Source: Guillardia theta CCMP2712
Taxonomy: Eukaryota > Protista > Cryptophyta
Direction: 5' to 3'
DNA: 64,000 nt
Assembly (NCBI RefSeq): GCF_000315625.1
Contig: NW_005434592.1
Coordinates: 239,225-303,224, forward strand
In this document: piece by piece, positions 36,815 through 51,300 of the stretch
How the letters are laid out: each line of letters starts with the position of its first letter
Numbering within the stretch: the first letter of the stretch is position 1
The notes under the pieces: generated by a model
Database searches by the model: none
The model's input: only the letters and a program-made list of their open reading frames with translations
Told to the model about the DNA's origin: nothing
Made by a program: the position numbers and the translations under genes

Positions 36815-38316
36815 TCACTTGCCATACCATGAGACTACAGATGGAAGAGAGCTGAACGTTGCGACTGACTTGACGGACTCGGCCGGCTTCTCGACATCCG
36901 GGGCCGGGGCCGAAGACTCGGCCTGGGCCGACCCGGTGGAAGACTCAGCGGCCGGGGCTGGGTTGGAAGACAACTCTTCCGGGGCCGGGACGGCTGGCGG
37001 CTCCTTGGAAGGAGAGGCAGCGGTCTGGTTGGAGACTCCATCGATGGCTCTTCGAATCTCCTCCTCGTCGCCGAGGTAGTACCCCGAGAGAGGAGACCAG
37101 GAGCGGTCGCTCTTGATGGGGTTGAGCTCCTTGTCCAGCTCGTAGACCAGAGGAACGGCTGTGGGGATGTTGAGGCCGGTGATGACGTCCTCGGGGATCT
37201 TGTCCAGGTGCTTCACCAGCGCTCGGAGCGTGTTTCCATGGGCGGCTATGAGGAGACGCTTGCCAGACCTGATCTCAGGAACGAGCTCTTCCTCCCAGAG
37301 AGGCATGAACCTGTTAACAACGTCCTTGAGCGACTCCGACTTGGGCAGTTCGGCAGGCCTGACATCCTTGTAGCGCGGGTCCTTCCCTGGCCAGAACTCG
37401 TGATCCTCCTCCATGGCTGGAGGAGGAGTATCGTATGACCTCCTCCAGACATTGACCTGCTCCATCCCATGCTTCTCAACCGTCTCCTTCTTGTTCAGTC
37501 CCTGGAGAGCACCGTAGTGCCGTTCGTTGAGCTTCCAGCGCTTGATGATAGGAATGTGCATCAAGTCAAGGTCCTCCAGGATGTTCATTCCGGTCTTGAT
37601 CGCGCGCTTTAGAACGCTTGAATACACCACGTCGATGCCCAGCTTCTCCTGCTCGATCGCCTTGGCTGCTCGATGAGACTCTGCTTCCCCCGAAGGCGCC
37701 AGAGGCACGTCTACCCATCCCGTGAAGCGATTCTCAACATTCCACTGGCTCTCTCCGTGGCGGATCAGGATGATTGTGTACTTGTCCGGCACCTGATCTT
37801 TGACAACAGCAGCTTCTTGCTTCACAGTCTCCACACCCACGGCTGGGTTCCCCTCCTCCAGGGTCTCCACCTTGGCTGGCATAACGGCTGGACTTGCAGC
37901 TGCGACAGCCTTCATAGGGTACCAGCTGACAACGGACGGAAGCGCCTTGAACGGGGATGGCTTGTAGACGTCTTTCGCTTTCACTTCAGCGTCGGCTGCA
38001 GGTGCTGGAGCCGGAGCCGGAGCCGGAGCTGGAGCTGGAGCTGGAGCTGGAGCTACATGGTGAGATACTCTGTCCATGAAAGCATGCTCATACCTGCGAC
38101 AACTTGCACGGGCACAGGGGGACTGCTTTCTTGCTTCTGACTCGACGAGCTCAGAGAAGGAGCCGAAGGCTTAGGGTCGGTTGACAGAGGCTGCGCAGGT
38201 TTTGGGGAAGGATCAGGTTTCTTCTCCTGCGGTTTGACTGGATCCTTGACCGGTGAATCAATCTGAGCACTAGGAACAGGCTGGGCGGCAGTGTTCTTGC
38301 TACCTCCACAGCCCAT
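36815..38316 (-). CDS. gpmA: 2,3-BPG-dependent phosphoglycerate mutase with N-terminal acylation motif and low-complexity extensions, about 486 aa
   Basis: LIRHGESQWNVENRFTGWVDVPL, SVLKRAIKT, WKLNERHYGALQGLNK, WRRSYDTPPP, ESLKD, AAHGNTLRAL, LNIPTAVPLVYELD. A 41-nt intron at 38053-38093 joins exon 1 (MGCGGSKNTAA...) in frame. Confidence 0.93.
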
Positions 38317-38789
38317 CGCGCCAACTCTATATCAGTTTGGGCAGTTTGTCGGTGCGTGGGATATGTCTAACTGAGACGCCTGAAAGAGGAGTTACAACCA
38401 TCCAGGAGAAATGAAACACATGTTGCTAATTGGTTTCTCCCCATAAGGCCTCTTACACTTCTGTTGATGCCAATTTGTTTTCATCGTTTCAGTTCGAATT
38501 TTGGTTTTCTGTTATTCAATTCATGCAATCGTCCTCAATTCACGTGTTCGCCTTTCCTATCTTTGCCCCTTTGCCCTGCCCTACCGCAGTGCAACCTTCA
38601 CAACCATGGCACTCTTGCGCAAGATTCTAGCATTTCCCCTATCTTTCTTCACTCTTGCGCATGTTCTTCTTCTTTGTCTTCCCTGCCATTGCTACATCCC
38701 TATCTCTCGCATCGGTTTCGCCTCCCTCCCATCCTCTTGTTGCCTACCCTGCATCTACACTCCCGGACATGCTCTCGTCAGCCCCCAAC

Positions 38790-39335
38790 GCTTCACTACC
38801 CCTTTACCCCCCAAGTTTCTTCCACCCCTTGTTTCAGCTACCCTTACTGCTGAGCCGAAGGTCCCATCCTCTAGTACCCCCTCTTTCCTACGCAAAAGTA
38901 CGGGGAGCATACAGTGTTGTGACTACCCCCACCTAGTCATGAGCTCCACCACCCCTACAAGGGATGGGGTGCATGATCTTGCTACCCCTCCTCTCCGTGC
39001 CTCCTGACTCCCTCCAAAAGACTTTGAGCCCTGGGAGGTAAAGCACCACCCTACCCCCTCTTATTCCCCATAGTTGACTTAGAAGGACCCTCCTCACCAC
39101 CCAAAGTTGACCACCCTTTGCCCTACAGAAAATGATCAGCTAGCTGGTTGTCTTGGTTTTTCTGGTTTTACTGCCGTTACAGGAACGTTACAACTGGACC
39201 AAATGCGACTCACGGCATTTCAAGTTTCTTTACTCACAAATCCTCCGAACTAACCCACCCCCTTGATATCAGCAGTTAAGGAGAGGAAGGCACCCGTACT
39301 TGATGCCTATGTACCCCACCCCACCCCACCCCGAG
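38790..39335. promoter_or_regulatory. CTACCCC/GTACCCC tract between divergent PGM and PDZ genes
   Basis: actacccctttacccccc, gctaccct, agtaccccc, gactaccccc, gctacccct, ccctaccccc, gtaccccaccccacccc. Confidence 0.45.
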
Positions 39336-39571
39336 TCAAATGTTTTTGACGGTCCTCTAGTGCTCAGTAGCTCTGATCCTCGCCGGGTCACTACGGAATT
39401 TTTGTGCGATCAACCATGTCTGGCATATTGGAATGCTTGCCGCAACCTGAGCACTCCATCGCTGCCGAGTGGCATGGCAGCGCAAGCCGGCACCCAGCTG
39501 AGGATCCTTCAAGTGCTGAGGCCTCTCACAACGGAAGTTGTCACAGGGAGCACGTGAAATTCTCCAGCGCA

Positions 39572-40790
39572 ATGGATTCACATTCAGTTGTTGCTTCGAC
39601 CCCGAACAAACCAGAAGGAACCCAGGGGTTCTGGCTCTGGCAACTTCTTCCATCCTCTGCATCCGATGGTTCTCAGGATCATGAGTCAGTTTCAGTACAG
39701 CAGAATGACGTGACGCCACAACAGACGAAATTATCAGACTCAGAAACTGCTGTGAACCTCACAGGGTACGTAGCACAGCGGCACCTGGGTGGATGGGTTT
39801 TGAATCTGACATGTTTTATTCATTCTTTAAGGCAAGATCGTAAGAGTGAATGGAAATCAGAATTATTTTCACCCCGATATGTCAATGATGAGTAAGCTCA
39901 TTGGTCGAGATCATCGCTGGATGATTGAACCACTCGTTTGTCGAGCAGGTGGAAGATTTTACGGAACGAGCAGTGGAATCTTCGATTCGGTAGGAGAGTG
40001 GGCGTTGGTCTGCTCCTATTGCGAGAGAGGTCCAAGTTCATCGTCCATGGCTTCTTGCGAGGCAGCGCTTGCTCGAAATGCGATGATTTAAGAAAAGGAG
40101 ACATCTTGCACAAGATCGATGGCAAGCATGTAGATGGAATGACTAGGTTTGAGGTGAACCTTGCCCTTTTTTTTTCGTGCTTGATCATGTTGATGCTGAC
40201 ATGTTACAGGTTGCATCTTTGATCTTGGGCCCAGAGGGATCTTTTGTACATCTGACGTTCCTTCGTCAAGACTCATCGCCGATCTACAAGCTGATGGAGC
40301 ACGAGCAAGACGAGAACATCACGCATGGATATCAGATCTCTCTGTCGCCAAGTCTCAAGCAAGACAACATCGTCTCACACAGAATGCGTCGCGTTGCTCC
40401 AAGGCATAGCAAGTCAGTGAGTCCGCAGAAGAAGCAATTAATTTGCCATGCAGATATTTGAGTATCCAAGTCACATATCTCCGTGGGCAGATGGAGGATG
40501 GGGAGCATCAAGGTTGAAGTGCCGTTCTCATCCGGCTACTTCCCTGCTCGTATTCCTGATGTGCCTGCAGAAACAGGTGCCAGGGACACTCGGAGCGAGA
40601 CGCTCCCCTCCGAGTCGCCCACGTTTCGAGATTGGATTCTTGTCGATCAACACTCAGGTCGGGTCGCAAAACTTTGTCATCCTGAATATTATTATGACTG
40701 ATCGATCCATCAGATGACCGCAGGGAGGATACAAGCCGCAGTGCTGGAGCACTAAGGTGAGGACGCTAACATGCCTGTTGACCTTGGTGA
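39572..40790 (+). CDS. PDZ-domain protein, multi-exon; 3' end approximate
   Basis: VGVGLLL...FIVHGFLRGSACSKCDDLRKGDILHKIDGKHVDGMTRFE|VASLILGPEGSFVHLTFLR. Confidence 0.78.
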
Positions 40791-40959
40791 GTCAAGTCAC
40801 TTGCCCGCATTCCAGTGACAGCGACCAACCTCGGCCCTTGTACCTTTATTGACCATGAAATGCTATTCATGCTTACCGTACGTCTATGTTTTATGCCTCA
40901 AGATGGACGGCTCCCACTGCTCATTGTGCCACTTTCTCAGCCCTGAGCCGTAGTCCCCA

Positions 40960-41380
40960 CTTGGCCCAGATCATCACGGACGCCGGGGTGACGGACGGTC
41001 GGAACGCCGTACGCGGGTCGGACCCGACCGTTCCGAACTTTCTCTCAGTCAAGTCACCGCCTGAGCCCGGCTGAGTCTGATCAGCCGCAGCGCTGAGTCA
41101 TCCCCGCGGCATGATCGGGCCGGATTCCGAGCCTCACCGTGACAGTCTGACTCAATCCCGCATGTCCGAGCCTCACTGATCAGACCGGCGCCCGGGCCGG
41201 GGACTCTGGGAGGCACGGATCATCCGGATTGCGGCCCACAGTTGAGCCGCGGCATTTGGTGATCCGAAGCCGCATGCCAGGATGATGGGCACGGTGCCGC
41301 CACGACGGTGGACTCGCCCGGCCGCCGGAGTCCGGCCGGGCCCCTAGCAGAACCTGCGGCCGGGCCGGGGCGCCCGGGAA
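40960..41380. repeat. Palindrome-dense GC island directly upstream of a plus-strand gene
   Basis: ctcagtcaagtcaccgcctgagcccggctgagtctgatcagccgcagcgctgagtcatcc; cccggccg...cggccggg; same motif vocabulary as the other islands. Confidence 0.55.
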
Positions 41381-41405
41381 GTTTTATTGCCCGGGATTAG
41401 TCGCA

Positions 41406-42530
<1,125 letters not shown>

Positions 42531-42673
42531 ATGATGGGAATGCACATTCACAATTGAAAGTGAAGAAGTGATTTTAGAAGTCTTGCTCGCATTCGTTTGA
42601 CCCAGCAAGTTCCTCTGCGACTTTCATCTTTCGAGTGGATCTAAACGAGTTGGCGAAATTTCGTCTGTCAGCG

Positions 42674-45324
42674 ATGGCGTTGTTCAGATTTCTATTTTCA
42701 ACACTCCTCGTCGTGTTTACTCTTGGCATTTATGAGCAATCAACACGCTCAATAGCTTGTCTGAATCTGAGGGCTCCAGATCGACACCTCTTGTCACACT
42801 TGAACTTTCGGTATCATCAACCAGTCAAACTTCTGCAACTCCGTGGTGGTTTGTTCTCAAGTGATGAGAGCATTGAATGCGAGAATGTGCTGTCACTTGT
42901 AGAACGTGCAAACAAGTGTGAAAGATGTCATGACAGGTCACTCAAGACATGTACGACGATGAATTCAGCTACGAACCTGGCCGCCTTGAGAATGCGAACA
43001 AAGAAGACCAAGAGCTATGGTACGGAATAATCTGCAATGCAGATGCTTCGATGTTTTGAGTCATGCACATGAAGGGATGAATGCAAGGAAGAGTTAAGAC
43101 TGCACGATGAGCAGAGGCGAAAAATGAGAGAAGAAGTGAGAATCGCGATGAAGTCTCATCAAGAGGACGTGCTGAAAATTGAGTAGGACAAGAGAAAAGG
43201 AGAAGCTGGATGCAACTATGTTGATCCAGATGAATTCTGTGTAATTCCATCTCTTCTCATTTGCTATTTCCACCTCCTCCTCCTCACCACCACCACGACC
43301 TTCATCTCCTGTTTCATCCCATTCTCCTTCGCTCATTACCTTGACAGTGCTCCAGGTGCGAAAGGACGATGGCAGAGTATACAAATACAGGTGGACTGAC
43401 ACAACATGATGGGGGAGTAGGAAGGGAGCATGGGGTCATGGAGAGGGAGGGAGCAGAAGAAGAGGAAGGAAGAGGCGGGAGGAGGTAAACATGTCCACAG
43501 ATACACTCCAACGCGCCCATGGAGCTGCGGCGATGCATCGAAAGATGACTTTGTCTTTCCTGAGCCTGTCGATCGAGTCGACCCAGACTACTTTGTGAGG
43601 GATATTTTGTGATTTTCTTTCATTCATTCACTTTCAACTTGCAGGACAAGATTGCCAAGGAGTTGGATCAGAGGGACCTCGAGGTGCGGTCAACTTCATC
43701 CTCCCCCGCCTACTTGAACTTCACCCTCCCTGCGCTCACTACCGTCAGGCCCTAGCGAGAAGGGAGGAACTCAGAGAGGAGGAGAATAGGAAGGTGAGAC
43801 AAGGGACGTACAAGAAAGCTCTTCGTCTGATCTCTGTGTGAACGCAGCTAGCTGAGGAGGAGGCGCTTTCTTGGTACAACGGAAGCAAACGAGTGGAGTA
43901 CGACAACGATTTCCCTCTTTGGTCTTCCATCCTGTTCGCTTCTTCTCTTGTCATGCAAGAACAGGTGGCGGCTGCTTGACCCCGACATGAAGGAGAGAGA
44001 GCGAGCAAAGTGGTGTACGATTGACAGCAACTCAACGGTGAAGTCGAGCTCGATCCTTCTGTGCGACTCACATCGAACGCAGAGTCACTGGCGAGCACCA
44101 GAGGAGAAAGTCGATCCCCTCCCAACAGACCTTTCTGAATATGGGCAATGCCAGGGGCTGGTGACGATCTCAGTGTTGGGGCTGTCTGGATGAAATTTAT
44201 GCTGCAGAAACTTCCTTGGGCTCCTAAGGACGAGGATCCAGTGCAAGATCCCGACGTTGAGCGATGCGAGGCAGAGCTGTTCGGTGTGGACAACGAGGCT
44301 GCCAGAAAGAGAGCTCAGGTAATGCTCTACAAGTTTCCGAGTCATGGGTTGTTTGAAGGGATAATGTACAGTTTATTGAGGATCATACAAACAGACTGAT
44401 GGAGGACCTTCATGAAAGTGATATCTGAGGAGGAAGATGCTTGCACCTTGACGGCTGAGCAGTCGAGAGGAACAAGCCGGCAAACAGAACTCCTTACGTG
44501 TGGAATGAACTCGGAGAAGAGCTGAGAAGCTGCGCTTTGCGAGGTGAGAAAAACCGTTGGAGCACCTCAGTGAAATTCACTTGAACAAACTGTCAGGCAA
44601 GTGGAAGTACATGCAGGAACTGATTGATTGCGGAGCTGACCCGAACTATCTGTCATCCTGCTTCCCATCAAGGCCTCTCTCTCTTGACCTGCCCTCCAGG
44701 AGCGTCTACGCTGGATGGCGTCCCATCCACTACGCAGCGTTCAATGATCACGATAAAGGTGAGGGGCGTGAGAGGGTCTGGAGCTCCTGACGCGTCTCAG
44801 CCATTCAGATCCTGCTGGACAACGGCGCGGCCATCGACATGACCAACGACTGTGAGCAGAGGCTGACGGCTGGCGGCAAGCTGAGACTCGTTGCTAGTCG
44901 GGCAGACGCCTCTCCATCTCGCAGCTGCCAAGGCCAGCAACAAGGCCATCACCATGCTGCTCAAGTACGGGGCTGACACGTCCCGCCGACACGTTGAAGG
45001 GCTTCTGCCGGTGGAGGTGTGCTGGGCTCGTGCTGGGAGTTCACGTGCTGACTGTAGCTGGAGGTCGCGCACAAGCGCATGCACATGGCGGAGTTTCCGA
45101 CTTCGCAGAGGCTCAAAACAGCAGGTGGAGGCAGGAGAGCAGTTGGTGTGCAAGTGAGCCTGACTTTGTGGCAGTTCTGCTGCTGGCAGCGGCGACGGAG
45201 GACTCAGAGGCCGCGAGAGACGGTATGCCTGACTGTTGCTGTTGAGGTCGATGATGAAAAAGTTGCTTCAGCATACGAAGATGCAAAAGACTGGTGGACG
45301 CCTCCGGATGGATTTGCAAACTGA
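42674..45324 (+). CDS. Signal-peptide/LRGG-presequence protein with C-terminal ankyrin repeats, multi-exon
   Basis: MALFRFLFSTLLVVFTLG...LLQLRGG. Ankyrin repeats: ELRSCALRG|KWKYMQELIDCGADPN, GWRPIHYAAFNDHDK|AIQILLDNGAAIDMTND|FGQTPLHLAAAKASNKAITMLLKYGAD. Joining of the N- and C-terminal parts into one gene is inferred. Confidence 0.65.
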
Positions 45325-45397
45325 TGATCGAGATGCTGTCAATAGAGACGTAAATGTAGAGTTGTCAATGCAAGTGTTCTAGGCTTGGTGTGAGCAT

Positions 45398-48300
45398 TCA
45401 TGTCAACTTTCCTTCGTGTGTGACCATGGCTCGCGCTTCTTGGAAGGTTTGACAGAAGGAGATGAAATCGAATGATTCGCTCTTGTTCAGCCCTAGCTTG
45501 CTGACCAGCCGCTCAAACTGTTCGTCGCTCATGGGCAGGTGACATTCGGCACAGACGTCCCTGAGGTCGCAAGTTTGGACCTCGTCGACGTCTTGGCGAT
45601 CGAAGCGCTTGAAGGCGTCCAGCAGCATCGCCATGTCTTGCTCTCTGATGTTGAAGTCCTTGCCCAGCAGAGTCAAGACGGAGGAGTTGAGCTTCATCTC
45701 TGCTAGTTTGAGTGCCAGGCGCCGGTTGAAGTCAGCATGAGCAGGCAACCGGAGGTGTTGTCTGAGCTCTTGGACGGCGAGCAGCATGATCCAGGCGTCA
45801 GCGCTCCGAAACCTCATGCGTAGAAGGTCTTCCTTGGTGAGGTGAACGAACATGCGCGGGCGAATGTTGAAGGAGCTGAGCCTCTTGATCAGCTCCTCCT
45901 GCTCCTCCCGTGACCTTGTCGCCAGTGACTCGCTGGCCTCCAGCCAATGTTGCAAGTCCTCGGAAGACCACCCGTCGAGCAGCAGGGACCCAGCTGAAGC
46001 TGAGAGCTCTTCATTGATGGAGGAGGAGGCGTCGCGGAAGACGATAGAGCCTGCCTCGGCTTGCTCGACGACGGCATCGAAGACGTCTTGTGCTCGGGTG
46101 CTGCTGAGCGAGAAGCGTTTGCTGTCTTCCATCTTCTTCAAGTGCAGAAAAGCTTTCAGCCTCGTCCGATTCGATCGAAGCAGCTCCGACCGCTTGCTGA
46201 TCGAGCTCACCTGCTGGTTCGCTGCTTTGAGCTTGGCGGCTGCCTCACGGTTCCATCCCGAGCTCAACCGGTCGAAGTTCTTCTTCTGCTCTGCCTCCGC
46301 GCGCTCCCTCTCTGCCCCCAACCTGTCCAGCTCTGCACTTGCCTGTTGGATCTTGTACTCGATCTCCCCGTTTTCCTGCATGGCTTTCACGGCCATAATC
46401 TGCCAGTCTTGGAAGGGTTGGGCGGCGATCTGCGCTCTTGACAAGGCGATGAACTTGGGATGCATCATGATCCTGCCGCACAGCCACTCCCACGAGTCAA
46501 CGGCTCTCCTCTTGACCACGGCCGCCACCTCGGGCGTTTCTTTGACTTGTCGGTCTTGGCTGCCTTCCTCAGCGATTGATTTTCGGCGGTACTTTGCGTC
46601 CAGGCTAGCTTGAATCTGCTGGAGCAGGTGAAAGTTTCTGCCAGGGTTGGAGGTCAGCATGTCTGAAGGGTCTTGCAAGCTGATCATGGCTTCCAACACA
46701 TGCTTCATGCCGTAGAAATGTCCGACAGCAAGATCGGACCTCGTGTCATGCGCGTAGTCCCACGGCCTGTCCATGTTTCCTTGCACAAAGTACATCAACT
46801 GCATCGACTCCCACATTCTGTGATATCTCGTGGAGAGCAAGAAGCTTTTGGTTTCCTCTAACGCTCTCTTCACCACCTTCATCTCCTCCTCTTCTCGCTT
46901 CCAGTCGATCTCCTCCTCACTCATCACCATCTCATCGCTGACTTGGTTCTGCTGCTCATCCGCTGACCTTGACTGAGGCGAGGCCCTCGCCTGCGAGTGG
47001 TTGATGAGGTACTTGAACCCTTCCAGAACCGACACTTCCTTGACTCCCAGCGCAACAGAAACTTGAGGCTTTTTCAGCGTGTCCGCGTGCTCGATGACCG
47101 ACTTCGACAAGTCGAGAGAGCTGGGAGAGAGCTGGAACTCACTCTGAGCTTTTGAGTCAAACGACTCCATGGCGATGCTGTGAAAGTTAGGGAACGCGGT
47201 CTCAAGGCGGGAGAGGAGCTCCTGCAGCGACTTGATGGCCGTCTCTTGCTCGTGGGTTGAGAACTTGTGATTGAGAGCCGCTGTCAAGACCTTCTCTTGG
47301 TACTCCTTCCGTCCTTGCTGCGTCAGAAGCTTCTGCGGCAGCTGCTCACAGAATTGCTCTAGACCGCCGGAAGCGAACAAGACCTCATTCTGTATCAGCA
47401 CGTAGGGCAATCGAGCCGGGTTGCTTCTCATCAGCGTCGACAAGCTCGCGCTAGGAAGGAGCAGCAAGATCGCGTTGCTCGACAACTGCAAGTTGTGCTC
47501 CAAGCTCGAGCCCTGGGCAAGCGACTCTAAGCCGAGCATGGCTCCTGCATGGAAGCGTCTGACTCCCGTGCTTGTCCGCTCAGTTAGAGACCCTCGCAGC
47601 AGCATGATGAGCGAACAAGCCTCGCGCTCTGCCGTCATGAAAACTTCTCCCTCGTCTCCTCTCACGAGGTCGCAGGACTCGGACATTGTTGCGAGAGCCC
47701 TGCTGTCGAACTGCTGCAAAACCTGCGCTTGAGATAACAGCAAGAGCTTCACCGGAAACTTGGTCGAGTGGTCAAAACTCTCGTTGGAATCTTTGTCAGA
47801 CTTGAGGCGCAACAGCAAACAAGCCGTCAGATCTTGAATCATGAACTGAAAGGTCTCATCGAATTGAGCCACAGCCGTGCAAGCTCGGCTTGCAGTCTGA
47901 AAAGAATAGCGAGCTGTAGCTGCCGAACCTTCAAGCGAGATCTCCATGTGCACAAAGTTTATCTTGGAGGGACGAGGAGGAGGAAACGAAACTCTCTTGA
48001 CTGTGACTTGAAGTTGCCCAAAGAAACCTTCCTGCGCCTTGTGAAGCTCCGACGAAAGCGAGGGGTTCCCGTGGCACCGCAAGGACTGGAGCTGAGAGCA
48101 GAGCGTGATGTCTTGTGGAACAAACTCTAGAGCATTGCCTGACACGTCCAACACTCTCAGCCTCTCTAAATTCCCCAGCACAACTTGAGCCATGAGAGGC
48201 TGCGGCGGCAGCTTCTTCAGCTTGTTGTCGCTCAGATCCAGTACCTCCAAGCTCGTACATTGTCTCAGCTCCGCTGCGAGATGGCGCAACTGGTTCCCAG

Positions 48301-51300
48301 CCAGAAGCAACTCCTGCAGTGAAGACAAGAACCCGCATTCGGAGGGGATACTTTGGATGTAGTTTCGAGCAAGGTTGAGAACTTTCAAGTTCGCCATGCT
48401 CCTCAGCGCGGCAGGAAAAGCTGCGAGATGGTTGAGCGAGAGGTCAATGCTCAGAAGACTGTGCGACATGGTCAACATGGGAGGGAACGAGGTCATGGAG
48501 TTCCCGCTGACATCAAGTGCTTGCAATTCTCTGCAGTGCTTGAAAAGAAGCTCAAAGCTGAGGTCGTCACTTTGAATGATGTTCTTGGCGATGACAAGGA
48601 CCTGGAGAGACTTGATGTGAAAGACGGAAGGAGGTATCTGCGTCAGTTGGTTGTTCGACATATTCAGTGAAAGTAACCCTGTGAGTTGAGGAATCACTTG
48701 CAATGAGTTGTCAAAGCCACAATACGAAAGGTCCAATACACGCAGGCTGGACAGAGAATCCTTTTGAGGTGTTGAAGACGAGATCGGATTGTGAGAGAAA
48801 TCGAGATACTCTAAATGTTCGAGATCTGCTAAGACAGCTGCAACCATGTTGATCCGATTGCCACCTGCAAACACTGACGATAGCTTGACATTTTGGCGAA
48901 GACAAGATGGCAACGTTTTGATCTCGTTTCCTATGCAAGACAGGATCTCTAGATCTTGAAGCTTGCTGACTTCATTTGGAATTTCTTTGATGAGATTGTG
49001 ATTGAACGACAAATGAGAAAGGGGTAAATGAAAGATGAAACCTGGTAAACGTTTGATCAGGTTGTTGTCAAGGATCAGTTTTCGAATAAGCTTGTCCTCG
49101 ATCTGTGGTGGCAACGTATGCAATTCCAGGTAGCTGAGATCCAAACAAACACTCAACATCTTCTCCTTGTACATCTGCTTGGTCACTCGCAGATCTTGCA
49201 TGCTCATCTTCTTCTTCTCCTTTGTAATCTTCCCTCTCAGTCTCAGGATTTCGTTCCTCTGCTCTCTGACAAGCAAAATCCTGCGGCAGTACTCCAAGAT
49301 CCCGAGGAACCTCAGGCGAACTGACTGATTCACACAGACTCTCCCAGCGTCTCTCTCAAACCACATGCCGTCTTGTTTGGCTGGGTGGGATGAAAGGCCG
49401 CTGGATCGCAACTCCCAGGGGCTCTCTGCCCCATCACTGTGTAGCAGCCACTGAGAAGTTGCCTCTCGCGATGTCTTGATCAAGACCCTGTCCCTCTGCT
49501 TCTTGCAGGTCTTGACGTACTTCTGTTCCCACTTGTCATTCCTGGTCAGACGGTAGAAGCCTTTCAGCGCGTCATCCTGTAAGTCACCCTCGACAAAGCA
49601 GCCGTCCAACCCTCGGCTGACTACCGAGGGAGGAGGAGAAACCAGCGGGTTTCCCTCGACCTTCAAGACCTCCAACTTTGACAAGCTCAAGATGTCGACG
49701 GGAATGTCTTTGAGGCGGTTGTTTGAGAGGTTGAGAGTCTTGAGGGAGGTGAGGCGGAAGAGAAAGTCAGAGATCACCTCGAAACGATTGTGAGAGAGGT
49801 CCAGTGACTGCAAGTGAGGATGCCAGGGCACGACAAACTTCATGTCAAAGAAAACTTCTTGAGGGATTTGTTCGATGGAATTCCGCGACAGAGAGATAAC
49901 TTGGCACTTGGTTGCAAGGTTTAGCTCAGGTACTGCAGTCATGTCAAAACTCTCCAAGTCTAGCTCGAAGGGCTGCTCCATGCTCGCTACAAACCTCTGA
50001 AGGAAGTCCAACACCTTCGAACAGCCATCATGAGTGTAAGATTCCTTTGCGAGATGAGGTGGAGGAGTTTTGAGGGGGAGGTTGTTGTGCAGAGGCAGCT
50101 TCGACAGCTTTGATAAGGATGCCAACTGGAAAGGAAGAAAAGAGATCTTGTTGTCGTTGAGGGAGAGGAAGGAAAGGTCCGTGAGGTGAGAAATTTGGCT
50201 TGGTAGCGTTGTGAGCAAATTGCTGTGCAACCAAATGCTGTTGAGGTTTCTTAAGTATCCGACTGAAGGTGAGATGGTTTTGATTTGGTTGTTGTTCAGG
50301 CGAAGTTCCATCAAGTTTGTGAGCTTGTAAAAGTCCTCGGGTAAGCCTGCAAGCTTGTTCTCCGACAAGAAGACGCTTGTCAGCTCATACCAAATCGGCC
50401 GACCAAGCAGCTTGTCAGTGATGCCGTACGGCCATCGCTTGAGGTTCATCTTGGTCAGGTGCAGGGCCCTCCCACCACCTCCCCGCTGCTTCGACAGCTC
50501 TCTGCTCACGTCGTCAGGGTTCGAGGGGTTCGAGAACTGCAGGACGGCGTTCATCCCCATGCGCTTGCGAGCCACAGGCGGCGATTCCTCTTCCTTCTCC
50601 TGCTTGAGAAGCGCATGCAGCGTCTCCATCCAGACCTCAAACGGCGTTGGCGCCGCCTTGGCTATGCCCTTGTCGGCGTCCTGCATGGCGTTCACCTTGT
50701 TCCTTCCCAGCTCACTTGTGTTGCTTTCAAAGTCAGAAGCTGCTGACTCTCTCAGCTTCTTGAGCTCCTCCCGTGATTTACCCCCGAACAAATACTCCTT
50801 CTGAAGTATCTTAGCTTGCTTCTGCGCCTTGGTCATCTCATCTCGCACAAAAGCCTTCCATGCGCTATGTTTGCGCCAGGCATCTTGAATCGACTTGGCG
50901 GCTGTCAGCAGTCTTTCTCGTTGGTTTTGTCGCAACTTTTTCAGGTGTCGCATGCCTCGGAAGTGTCGTTGGATTATGATGCACGCAGCATGCTGCTGGT
51001 TGAGGTCGATCTTTCGTCGAATCCGCGACAGCCACCTCATACCGAGTTTACGGGCATACTGCATCTACCAGAGTCAAAGTCAGCCAACCCTCCCGACAAG
51101 ACAGGCATACCTGCATCAGAGAACCCTTGCCGCGTTGCGATGAAATGTTCAAGTTGTCGGCTTTATTCATCTTTGATCTCCACCACCTTTGAATGGCAGT
51201 AGCTCCCTCAACGCTCTCCTGCATTTCTGTTTCCTGTCGGGTCTTGCGATTCAGACGTCGTTGTTGGAATCCCTTCAACAGCGCATGAACTCTCGAGTGT

